Source: an uncultured Bacilli bacterium (GTDB lineage Bacteria; Bacillota_I; Bacilli_A; RF39; UBA660). Taken from it: a stretch of 43,356 nucleotides of DNA. A program made the position numbers and the translations under genes. Under the pieces are notes generated by a model. It searched no databases. It saw nothing but the letters and a program-made list of their open reading frames with translations, and had not been told where the DNA came from. The stretch covers positions 1 through 43,356 of the forward strand of contig CAJFVY010000038.1 of the NCBI GenBank assembly GCA_904420615.1. The letters run 5' to 3'. Each line of letters begins with the position of its first letter. Position 1 is the first letter of the stretch. Shown here piece by piece: positions 35,974-43,356 of this stretch.

Positions 35974-37599
35974 TTATTTTTCTAATACATCCATTAATAC
36001 TGGTACTACATGCTTCTTACGAGAAACACAATCTTGTAAATAAAATCCTTCTTCTAAATCATCGTCATTATAAGCTAACTTGAAAAGATCAATAGCTTTA
36101 CGATTAAATAATACATAAGAACCATTTTGAATAATATCCGTTACATATAAAGCTACTACACTATATTGATTAGCTTCTGCTACTTCATCTAACGTTGTTA
36201 AATAATCTTCTAGTTTTTCTTTAATCTCATCAAAATTAGTAGTAAAGAATTGACCAATTGCTAAGGTTTTATCTTGTACTGTATATAATTTAAAATCATT
36301 ATATAATACATCTTCAGGACTCATTCCATCAAGAGAAGTTCCTGCTTTTAAAAGATTAAGACCATATTCTTGATAATTAACTCCAGCTATACTAGCTAAT
36401 TCATGAACTGCTACTACATCTAAAGAAGTAGCGGTTGGTGATTTTAAAACTAAAGTATCAGATAAAATACCAGATAACATCATACCAGCCATATTCTTAG
36501 GAATCTCAATATTTTTTTCTTTATATAAAGTATAAACAATCGTACAAGTAGATCCTACTGCCATATTACGAAAATTAATTGGCGTACTAGTAGTAATACT
36601 ACCTAAATTATGATGATCAAAAATTTCTAAAATGCTAGCTTCTGCAAGTCCTTCAGCACTTTGTTTCATTTCATTATGATCCACTAAAATAACTTGTTTT
36701 GGATTTTTAGACTCTAAATCTGTAATTCTAAGTAATCCTAAACATTTATTATCTTTACTACGTACTACTGGATAGTTAGTATGACGTAGTTTTCTATTAA
36801 TATCTAAAATATCATCTACATAAGCAATATCATCAAAACAAACTGCATCTTTTGTAGTCCTAGTCATTGTCTTAATATAGTTAGCAAGACTAACTAATCT
36901 AGATATATGATAAGTATCATATTTACTTCTAATAATATTAACTTTATTTTTCTTAGCTAATTCAATATGTTCTTCTTTTACTACTCCATTACCAGATACA
37001 ATAATCATTTGTACTTTAGAATTAATAGCATATTCAATAACACTATGACGATCTCCTACAATTAAAATATTATCCTTAGTTAATTTTACATTATTAATAA
37101 AAGTAGTACTGCGATATGATGCTGCTAAAACAGTACCATCTATTTCATCATTAAATCTTGTTATTTCTTCCCCTTTTATTACAGTTAATAAGTTATCATA
37201 GGATGTTTTTAAATGATCAGCATTACCATTAATAAAATGATGAGCTAAATCTTTAATTGTTACAATACCAATAAATTTATCTTTATCACCAACAATTGGT
37301 ACTCCAGTTAATCCTTGATTTAACATATATAGATAACTATCATAAATAGAACGATCACCTGATAAAAAATAATGGCGATGATAATCAATATCTCTTAGTT
37401 GTAATTTTACATCATTTAAATAAGCTGGTTCTTTTACTTTAAAATAATCTAAAGCATATTTTGTCTCTTTATTTACACTTCCTAAAATGCGTGGTTCTGC
37501 ATTTACTCCTAATTGTTTTTTTAAATAAGCTAAACTAATAGCACTACAAACAGAATCCGTATCTGGTTTACGATGACCAAAAACATATACTTTTTCCAT
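35974..37599 (-). CDS. CBS-domain-containing family II inorganic pyrophosphatase (DHH/DHHA2, with CBS-DRTGG-CBS insert)
   Basis: VFGHRKPDTDSVCSAI (DHH motif I), LVDHNE, FDHHNLG, a C-terminal DHHA2 region, and an internal ~250-aa insert with CBS-like segments and a 'ILIVGDRHSV' DRTGG-like segment. Confidence 0.85.
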   Translation of the reverse strand: MEKVYVFGHRKPDTDSVCSAISLAYLKKQLGVNAEPRILGSVNKETKYALDYFKVKEPAYLNDVKLQLRDIDYHRHYFLSGDRSIYDSYLYMLNQGLTGVPIVGDKDKFIGIVTIKDLAHHFINGNADHLKTSYDNLLTVIKGEEITRFNDEIDGTVLAASYRSTTFINNVKLTKDNILIVGDRHSVIEYAINSKVQMIIVSGNGVVKEEHIELAKKNKVNIIRSKYDTYHISRLVSLANYIKTMTRTTKDAVCFDDIAYVDDILDINRKLRHTNYPVVRSKDNKCLGLLRITDLESKNPKQVILVDHNEMKQSAEGLAEASILEIFDHHNLGSITTSTPINFRNMAVGSTCTIVYTLYKEKNIEIPKNMAGMMLSGILSDTLVLKSPTATSLDVVAVHELASIAGVNYQEYGLNLLKAGTSLDGMSPEDVLYNDFKLYTVQDKTLAIGQFFTTNFDEIKEKLEDYLTTLDEVAEANQYSVVALYVTDIIQNGSYVLFNRKAIDLFKLAYNDDDLEEGFYLQDCVSRKKHVVPVLMDVLEK

Positions 37600-37623
37600 A
37601 TAACTCCCTCATTTCTGAAAGTG

Positions 37624-37652
37624 ATTATATCACAAATTATCTTTGATAGCAA
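37624..37652 (-). promoter_or_regulatory. Sigma-A promoter of the pyrophosphatase operon (TTGCTA-17-TGaTATAAT)
   Basis: -35 TTGCTA (37647-37652), a 17-nt spacer ending in TGA, and -10 TATAAT (37624-37629), 24 nt upstream of the ATG. Confidence 0.6.
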
Positions 37653-37667
37653 ACCAATTTTCTAGGA

Positions 37668-37706
37668 AGAAAAAAGTAAAGAATCTTGATTTTAAGATTC
37701 TTTACT
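37668..37706 (-). terminator. Rho-independent terminator overlapping the 3' end of the lipoprotein gene
   Basis: A 13-bp perfect stem (AGUAAAGAAUCUU / AAGAUUCUUUACU), a 6-nt loop that includes the stop codon, then UUUUCUU. Confidence 0.7.
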
Positions 37707-38138
37707 AAAAGTCAATAAATTAAAGCAAGTTTCTGCTTCTTCTTCTGAATTAGGATTGGCTAGTAAAATTCCTGTATTAGAGTCTTCTACTTTTAAAATA
37801 TAATTAAATTCTTTTCCATCATAAGAATAAAATAAATATTCTACTCCATTTTTAGTTCCGGAATCTAATACAGTCACTAAATCATCTTCTTCTACTGCAT
37901 CTGAATAATATTGATATCCTTCCATCGTTATAAATGTACCTTGACTTAATGTTTCTCCATCTTTAGAAATAACAAATGGTAAATCAGATGATATATCATA
38001 CCCTTCTGTCGTATTTAATTCTATCTTGATTCGATCACCGGTTTCTACATCATAAGTATAAGCCTTGCTAGTAGTACAACCTGTCATAATTAAGATAGTA
38101 CATAAAATTATTCCTATTACTTTAATTTTGTTTTTCAT
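37692..38138 (-). CDS. Lipoprotein, function unknown
   Basis: MKNKIKVIGIILCTILIMTGC carries the lipobox LIMTG|C. I chose the ATG at 38138 with GGGAG upstream. Confidence 0.65.
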   Translation of the reverse strand: MKNKIKVIGIILCTILIMTGCTTSKAYTYDVETGDRIKIELNTTEGYDISSDLPFVISKDGETLSQGTFITMEGYQYYSDAVEEDDLVTVLDSGTKNGVEYLFYSYDGKEFNYILKVEDSNTGILLANPNSEEEAETCFNLLTFSKES

Positions 38139-38724
38139 AATAACTCCCATCATTTCTTACTTTTTTCACTATATTTAAAACTAGTTCTGGATTTTCTATT
38201 GATTCCAAAATAATGCATGGTACGTTGTTTTGATTTGTATTCATTTTTTCAGATACAACTGTAGAATCGGAAAGTTTATTATTTAATATGTTACCAAAAT
38301 ATAAATCACCATAATTATTTTTTTTGTTATAACAATGGATATCATCATAAAGCTTTAAATAACCACTATATAATTTATTTTCTCTACTCGCATATTTCAT
38401 AATCCGTATATTAGTAATACAGAAAAATACATTTCTAATATTTTCTTTTTTTCTTCTAAAATAAAATCTAAAAATACTTATACCAACTGTTAGAAATAAT
38501 ATCGTCACAAGGAATATGACAAACAAATTAAAAAAATCAATATCAACAACTTTAATTTCAATCCATGTGACAAAAGTAAATATTATAATAGCACATAATA
38601 TTATTATAGAACAAACAATTTTAAAAAATACACTTCCTTTATTAAAACTTGATTTACCTTGATACAAAATCTGTTCTCCATCTTGTAAATACTGACTAAA
38701 ATTAAACACTTTATTCACTCTCAC
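38122..38724 (-). CDS. Two-TM membrane protein with a bacterial PH-like (YdbS/YdbT-type) architecture, function unknown
   Basis: 'GEQILYQGKSS', then two TM helices, then 'FFCITNIRIM', which resembles the bPH/DUF304 layout. There is no ATG start; candidate GTG starts are at 38724, 38718 and 38709. It overlaps the lipoprotein gene. Confidence 0.45.
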   Translation of the reverse strand: MRVNKVFNFSQYLQDGEQILYQGKSSFNKGSVFFKIVCSIIILCAIIIFTFVTWIEIKVVDIDFFNLFVIFLVTILFLTVGISIFRFYFRRKKENIRNVFFCITNIRIMKYASRENKLYSGYLKLYDDIHCYNKKNNYGDLYFGNILNNKLSDSTVVSEKMNTNQNNVPCIILESIENPELVLNIVKKVRNDGSYYEKQN

Positions 38725-38735
38725 TTATCATTAGT

Positions 38736-38764
38736 AGTATAACATAGCCATAAGAAAATATCTA
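38736..38764 (-). promoter_or_regulatory. Possible extended -10 promoter for the PH-like/lipoprotein pair (TAGATA-17-TGtTATACT)
   Basis: -10 TATACT (38736-38741) preceded by TGT, with -35 TAGATA at 38759-38764. It lies downstream of the infB terminator. Confidence 0.4.
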
Positions 38765-38804
38765 TATAATCTTTTTTATAATTAGGTAATATTAAATATG
38801 AAAC

Positions 38805-38840
38805 TTAAATAAAAAAGAAGAAAACATATATTCTTCTTGC
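38805..38840 (-). terminator. Rho-independent terminator after infB
   Basis: RNA AAGAAGAA-UAUAUGUU-UUCUUCUU followed by UUUUAUUU. Confidence 0.6.
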
Positions 38841-38864
38841 ATTTTATATTTTATATTAAATAAA

Positions 38865-40988
38865 TTAGTTTTTGATTTCAATTAATTCATAAGTTTCAAT
38901 AATATCTTTTTCTTTGTAATCTTGATAGTTATCTAAAGTAATACCACAATCCATGTCTTTTCCTACTTCTTTTACTTGATCTTTTTCATGTTGTAAAGAT
39001 TTAATTTGACCATCATATAAAACAACACCATCTCTAATTAGTCTTGCTTTACTATTAGCTTTTACTGTACCGCTTAAGACATGACAACCAGCAATTTTAC
39101 CAACTTTAGAAAATTTAAATAATTGTCTAATCTCAGCATTTCCTAATATCTTTTCTTCATATTCAGGCTCAAGCATACCACGCATTGCTTTTTCCATATC
39201 CTCAACTAATTTATAAATAATATTGTAAGGTCTGATATCAACATTATACTCTTTTGCTAAGTTAGCTACTTTATTATTAGCTCTAACATTAAAGCCAATG
39301 ATAATAGCATCTGATGCTTGTGCTAGTACGATATCACTTTCTGTAATAGCTCCCACTCCGCCACGAATCACATTAATCTTTACTCCTTCAACATTAATGC
39401 GTTCCAAAGACTTCTTGACAGCTTCTAAACTTCCATTTACATCTGTTTTTAATACAACATTAATCTCTTTTAAACCTTCATTAATTTTTCCAAATAAATC
39501 ATCTAGAGTCATACCAGTTCTATTACTATCTGCTTCTTTGTTACGTAAGGCTCTTTCTTCTGCAACACTCTTAGCTTGCTTTTCTGTTTCAAAAGCCATG
39601 AATTTATCGCCAGCATTAGGCACATGTGACAAGCCAGTTATCTCTACTGGTGTAGAAGGTAGCGCTTCTACAATATTTTGACCTAAATCATTCTTCATGG
39701 TTCTAACTTTACCAAAAGTTGTTCCTACTACAATAGGATCTCCTAGTCTTAAGGTTCCATTTTGAATTAACAAAGTAGCAATACTACCAACATGTTTATC
39801 CATTTTACTTTCTAAGACAGCTCCTGTCGCATAACGTTTTGGATTAGCCTTTAATTCAGACATTTCCGCTACTAAAAGAATGGTTTCTAATAATTCTTCA
39901 ACGCCTTCACCTGTTACAGCAGAAATCTTATTAACTAAGGTATCTCCACCCCACTCTTCAGGTGTTAAACCAGCTTCGCTTAGGCCCGTTAATACACGTT
40001 CTACATTCGCATCTTTCTTATCTATTTTATTAATAGCTACAATAATAGGAACTTTAGCAGCCTTAGCATGATCAATTGCTTCTCTTGTTTGTGGCATTAC
40101 TCCATCATCTGCTGCTACTATTATGATAACAATATCTGTAACAGAAGCACCACGCGCTCTCATTTCAGTAAATGCCTCATGCCCAGGTGTATCAATAAAA
40201 GTAATACTCTTTCCCTTGCATGTTACTTGATAAGCTCCAATAGCTTGCGTAATACCACCTGCTTCTCCACTAGCAACACTACTTTTTCTAATATAATCTA
40301 ATAAAGTAGTTTTACCGTGATCAACATGACCCATAATTGTAACAACAGGAGGTCTTTCTACTAAGTCTTCGGCTTTATCTTCTATTTCATAATTTTCAAA
40401 GTTAGTAATATCAACTGTTTCTTCTTTCTTTAATGTTTTATTATAATCTAAAGCAATAAGTTCTACATCATCATAAGTAAGTACATTATTGACAGTTGCC
40501 ATGATACCAAGACCCATTAATTTTTTGATAATTTCACTAGTACTTACTTGTAAAAGAGAAGCTAAATCACTAACTGTCATTCCTTCTTTATACACTAAAA
40601 TATTTTCATCTTGAGTGTGTTCATTACTCTTTAATTTTTCTTTATTTTTATACATTTTTTTACGAGCTTCTTTAAAGTTAGCCTTATCCACATTCTTAGG
40701 TCTACTCTTTACTTTCGTTACTCTAACGCTATCATCATGTGCTAAATTAGAATCATACGCTATCTTTTCTGCTTTCTCGTCTAATTCAAAATCATTTTCT
40801 AATTCTTCAAACGTATCACTATCCACTACATAGTCTTCTTCATCTTGAATAGAATTATCGAGTAATGTAATCTCATCATCACTTAAAACTCGGTCTAAAT
40901 CATCTGTTGAAAAGCCAAGTCTTTCCATATGTTTCAGAATTTCTTCTACACTCTTATTTACATCTTCTGCATACTCTTTGATGGTCAT
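38865..40988 (-). CDS. infB: Translation initiation factor IF-2
   Basis: G domain with [20 protein letters not shown] and NKID motifs, followed by C-terminal IF-2 domains. 707 aa. RBS is AGAGGTGAGAG. Confidence 0.95.
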   Translation of the reverse strand: MTIKEYAEDVNKSVEEILKHMERLGFSTDDLDRVLSDDEITLLDNSIQDEEDYVVDSDTFEELENDFELDEKAEKIAYDSNLAHDDSVRVTKVKSRPKNVDKANFKEARKKMYKNKEKLKSNEHTQDENILVYKEGMTVSDLASLLQVSTSEIIKKLMGLGIMATVNNVLTYDDVELIALDYNKTLKKEETVDITNFENYEIEDKAEDLVERPPVVTIMGHVDHGKTTLLDYIRKSSVASGEAGGITQAIGAYQVTCKGKSITFIDTPGHEAFTEMRARGASVTDIVIIIVAADDGVMPQTREAIDHAKAAKVPIIVAINKIDKKDANVERVLTGLSEAGLTPEEWGGDTLVNKISAVTGEGVEELLETILLVAEMSELKANPKRYATGAVLESKMDKHVGSIATLLIQNGTLRLGDPIVVGTTFGKVRTMKNDLGQNIVEALPSTPVEITGLSHVPNAGDKFMAFETEKQAKSVAEERALRNKEADSNRTGMTLDDLFGKINEGLKEINVVLKTDVNGSLEAVKKSLERINVEGVKINVIRGGVGAITESDIVLAQASDAIIIGFNVRANNKVANLAKEYNVDIRPYNIIYKLVEDMEKAMRGMLEPEYEEKILGNAEIRQLFKFSKVGKIAGCHVLSGTVKANSKARLIRDGVVLYDGQIKSLQHEKDQVKEVGKDMDCGITLDNYQDYKEKDIIETYELIEIKN

Positions 40989-41004
40989 ACTCTCACCTCT
41001 TTCT

Positions 41005-41271
41005 TTAATTTTTTATAACTTGTTCTATTTTTTCATAAACTTCATCTGGAATATTACATTCCAACTTTCTTTCTAATACTTTTTTCTTCTTAGCTATTTC
41101 TAATATTGCTAAGTCTTTTTTAATATATGCACCACGACCATTTAATTTTCCTGTTTCATCTACTTGTACAGTTCCATCTTTACTACGAACAATTCTAAGT
41201 AAATCACGTTTATCTAATTTTTCACCACTGACAACACAAGTTCTAATAGGAATTTTTCTTGGTTTCATCAT
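41005..41271 (-). CDS. ylxR: YlxR/RnpM family RNA-binding protein (DUF448)
   Basis: 'RTCVVSGEKLDKRDLLRIV...DETGKLNGRGAYI' is the DUF448 signature. It sits between nusA and infB. Confidence 0.85.
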   Translation of the reverse strand: MMKPRKIPIRTCVVSGEKLDKRDLLRIVRSKDGTVQVDETGKLNGRGAYIKKDLAILEIAKKKKVLERKLECNIPDEVYEKIEQVIKN

Positions 41272-42477
41272 CTATTCCGCCTTTATATTGATTCCTGCTG
41301 CTTCTGCTTGTTCTTTCGTTTTAATGTCAATCTTATAATGTGTTAAACGACTAGCTAAACGAGCATTTTGACCTTTTTTACCAATAGCTAATGAGAAGTT
41401 ATCACCACTAGCAATTACTAGGGCTTCTTGTTTCTTAGGATCAGTGATGGCAACAGTTAAATCTTTCGCAGGACTTAGGGCATTAGCAATGAAAACAGCT
41501 GGATCACTATCATATCTAACTACATCAATTTTTTCACCATGTAATTCTTCAATAATTCTAGCAATACGACTTCCTTTTTCACCAATACAAGCTCCAATTG
41601 GATCTACATTCATTCTTTCTGAATATACAGCTACTTTACTTCTATGTCCTGGATCTCTTGCTACACTATACATTAAGATAGAACCATCACTAAATTCTGG
41701 TATTTCAAGTTCAAATAGTCTTTTAACAAAACCATAATGTGTTCTACTTAATAAAATTAATAAGTTACGACCACTATTATCTACTTTTGTAACATAAACT
41801 TTAATTTGACTACCCATTACAATTTTCTCACCAGGAATAATATCTTTTTTAGGTAAAATACCATTGGTGCGACCTAAATCAATAAAATAGTTATCAGTAT
41901 CTTCTAAAGCTACAGTACCAACTAATAATTCATCTTGTTTATCTCCAAATTCTTCCATGATACTATTTCTTTCAGCCTCTCTAATTTTTTGTACTACTAC
42001 TTGTTTAGCAGTTGATGCTGCAACTCGTCCAAAATCACCTGGCGTAATTTCAGTATCGATTGTATCACCAATATTTAAAGACTTATCAATTTTTCTAGCA
42101 TCAGATAGTTTAATTTCAAAATCTGGATTAAAGAAACTAGGTTTTTCTTTTTCTGCTTGTCCCTCAGCTTCTCCTTCATCATCATCACCATCATTTTTGG
42201 TATCTAACTCATCATCTAAACTATATTGTTCAAATACATAGTCATCATATTCAGCTTTCGTCATCTTATCATCAGGCACTACTGTCAAATATGAATAAAC
42301 TTTAATAGCACCTGTCTTTTCATCAATTAATACTTTGACATTATTATTTTTAGTATTGTAATTCTTTTTATAAGCACTAGTTAATGCTTGCTGCATAGCA
42401 TCATAAACAACTTGTTTATCAATGTTTTTTTCTGCAACAATATTATCTACTGCTCGTAAGAATTCTTTATTATTCAT
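41272..42477 (-). CDS. nusA: Transcription termination/antitermination factor NusA (with an acidic insertion in the N-terminal region)
   Basis: An N-terminal domain, an S1 region (GDFGRVAASTAKQVVVQKIREAER...LVGTV) and two KH domains (GACIGEKGSRIARI, LAIGKKGQNARLAS). I chose the ATG at 42477 with AAGGAGATG upstream, not 42531. Confidence 0.93.
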   Translation of the reverse strand: MNNKEFLRAVDNIVAEKNIDKQVVYDAMQQALTSAYKKNYNTKNNNVKVLIDEKTGAIKVYSYLTVVPDDKMTKAEYDDYVFEQYSLDDELDTKNDGDDDEGEAEGQAEKEKPSFFNPDFEIKLSDARKIDKSLNIGDTIDTEITPGDFGRVAASTAKQVVVQKIREAERNSIMEEFGDKQDELLVGTVALEDTDNYFIDLGRTNGILPKKDIIPGEKIVMGSQIKVYVTKVDNSGRNLLILLSRTHYGFVKRLFELEIPEFSDGSILMYSVARDPGHRSKVAVYSERMNVDPIGACIGEKGSRIARIIEELHGEKIDVVRYDSDPAVFIANALSPAKDLTVAITDPKKQEALVIASGDNFSLAIGKKGQNARLASRLTHYKIDIKTKEQAEAAGINIKAE

Positions 42478-42727
42478 CTTTATCATCTCCTTTACTCTTA
42501 GAATGAATATCCAAAACATCAACGTCACCAATTAAGTTAGATGCATCCATGATTGGATTAATGATCTTAGTAGCTTCTGTAACTTTATTTAGATCAATAA
42601 CATCTTCACTATCTAGTTCAATATTTAATGTTTTTATACCTTCTTCCTCGCTATAATACACATCACTAACATATAAATTTAAAGATGCTATTTTTTTATC
42701 TACTAATGAAGCAACTTTCTCTTTCAT
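42470..42727 (-). CDS. rimP: Short RimP-like ribosome maturation factor (N-terminal domain only, 85 aa)
   Basis: It is first in the nusA operon. 'IASLNLYVSDVYYSEEEGIKTLNIELDSEDVIDLNKVTEATKII..LDIHS' aligns by eye with the RimP N-domain (B. subtilis YlxS '[48 protein letters not shown]'). It overlaps the nusA start by 8 nt. RBS is AAAGGAGG. Confidence 0.65.
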   Translation of the reverse strand: MKEKVASLVDKKIASLNLYVSDVYYSEEEGIKTLNIELDSEDVIDLNKVTEATKIINPIMDASNLIGDVDVLDIHSKSKGDDKDE

Positions 42728-42740
42728 AATACCTCCTTTT

Positions 42741-42778
42741 AATAGAAATGAAAGAGTGGGTATTATTTTCCCACTCCT
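42741..42778 (-). promoter_or_regulatory. 5'-leader hairpin of the rimP-nusA operon (attenuator or 5' stabiliser candidate)
   Basis: RNA AGGAGUGGG-AAAAUAAUA-CCCACUCUU (9 bp including one G-U pair) followed by UCAUUUCUAUU. It begins about 6 nt after the predicted transcription start and ends just before the rimP RBS. Confidence 0.5.
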
Positions 42779-42790
42779 TTCTTGCTTTTA

Positions 42791-42820
42791 ATTATACAAT
42801 ATACTTTATAGTTTTGTCAA
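42791..42820 (-). promoter_or_regulatory. Strong sigma-A promoter of the rimP-nusA-ylxR-infB operon (TTGACA-18-TATAAT)
   Basis: Consensus -35 TTGACA (42815-42820), an 18-nt spacer, and consensus -10 TATAAT (42791-42796). Confidence 0.65.
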
Positions 42821-43111
42821 AAAATATTTCATTGAAGCATATACAGATTAAAACTGGTTCCATTTCTTATCAAATTCTAAATATACAACTAAACAAATAT
42901 TCTTTTACTTAAGATAGAAAGACATTTAGTTAACTCTTTCAAGATACTAATTTACCATTTGTACTAACTTATTTACTTCCTTTCTACTTAATCCTTGGTG
43001 TTAGAATAGATTTATAGACACAAAAGTATGGACAATGTATTATAATAATAAACATTGAAAGGAGTGTCTAAAAACTTGACATAAGTCCACTTATTAGTAT
43101 TTCTTCATCTT

Positions 43112-43356
43112 TTAATAAAGTGTTTCTTTTAAATTATTGATTATCTCTTCTAAATTGTTTATATTTTCTTTTTCTTCATACTTTTCTTTCATTGTATTAA
43201 GTAATTTGTCCCCCATACTAGTACTAAAGCCACTAAACGATTCATCGCCTATAATATAATAAGGAACAGAACTTCCTACATTATCACCAAAAAAGTCACT
43301 AAAAGCAGCCATAATAGTAGCATTCTCTTCATTCTTCCAAACCTCAAAAGCATAAA
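43112..43356 (-). CDS. Partial CDS (5' end outside the window), possibly the C-terminus of a thioredoxin-fold protein
   Basis: The frame stays open upstream of the Met at 43312, reading ..YAFEVWKNEENATIMAAF.. to the window edge. 'SVPYYIIGDESFSGF' resembles the cis-Pro/beta-strand region of thioredoxin-like proteins. This is a weak call. Confidence 0.3.
   Translation of the reverse strand, partial: YAFEVWKNEENATIMAAFSDFFGDNVGSSVPYYIIGDESFSGFSTSMGDKLLNTMKEKYEEKENINNLEEIINNLKETLY

Noticed and set aside
39298-42241. Plus-strand ORFs within infB and nusA (39298-39681, 39880-40301, 40615-40833, 41444-41737, 41957-42241). The same applies to those in ppdK (33411-34004), the PBP gene (4311-4505), the DUF2628-like gene (3307-3591), the DUF2142 gene (12123-12311) and the SGNH region (31273-31759)
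   Set aside because: All are antisense to highly conserved or well-supported minus-strand genes and have compositionally biased translations. There is no independent evidence for coding.
43025-43095. A long imperfect inverted repeat (TAGACAC...CAATG / CATTG...GTGTCTA) downstream of the partial CDS, plus a plus-strand GAAAGGAG/TTGACA cluster
   Set aside because: There is no U-run after the stem, so it is not a convincing terminator. The plus-strand RBS-like site is followed only by a 3-codon frame. It could be a structured 3' UTR, but the evidence is insufficient.
1-43356. Alternative genetic code (TGA=Trp, Mollicutes-like), suggested by the very low GC content
   Set aside because: Trp is encoded by TGG throughout, for example in the GW motifs of the repeats. 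Conserved proteins are full length under code 11, and peptidoglycan genes are present.
1-43356. Mobile elements, prophage, toxin-antitoxin or known defence systems
   Set aside because: No integrase, transposase, recombinase, terminal inverted repeats, phage structural genes, restriction-modification, Cas or other recognisable defence signatures were seen in any frame.

Overview
This is a very AT-rich, low-GC Firmicute-type chromosomal window. An Erysipelotrichales-like or Clostridia-like origin is only a guess from gene content. Standard code 11 applies: Trp is TGG and the ORFs are long. Every credible gene lies on the minus strand, and the plus-strand ORFs in the track are antisense shadows. 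In coordinate order (the reverse of transcription) the window contains: (1) a P2-type Ca2+-like ATPase; (2) the 5' part of the dcw cluster (mraZ-rsmH-ftsL-class B PBP with PASTA domains), followed by an Asn-rich DUF2628-like membrane protein. The mraZ promoter carries three GTGG boxes phased at 10 bp, which look like an MraZ operator; (3) a small membrane protein, an L-lactate dehydrogenase, and a monocistronic orphan P-loop ATPase; (4) a roughly 21 kb cell-wall glycopolymer locus at about 10.6-31.6 kb. It holds GtrA/GtrB-like/GT-C extracytoplasmic glycosylation genes, GT2 and GT2+GT4 transferases, an ABC-2 exporter pair, and a secreted GH25 muramidase preceded by seven tandem ~112-aa modules. 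It also holds an acyltransferase-3 gene with a decayed paralogue, an RgpF-like protein with a DGQHR C-terminal module, a DUF616-like transferase, UDP-glucose 6-dehydrogenase, UDP-glucuronate 4-epimerase and a membrane-anchored SGNH hydrolase; (5) an anchored extracellular protein preceded by a G10/C10 homopolymer inside a 35-codon sORF; (6) pyruvate,phosphate dikinase, a 96-aa unknown and a CBS-domain family II pyrophosphatase; (7) a PH-like membrane protein plus lipoprotein pair; (8) the rimP(short)-nusA-ylxR-infB operon with a strong promoter and a leader hairpin. I saw no rRNA, tRNA, CRISPR array, transposase, integrase or recognisable defence system. The most unusual content is the repeat-bearing muramidase embedded in the glycopolymer locus, along with that locus's other non-canonical parts. 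All domain calls rest on motif recognition by eye, not on database searches.
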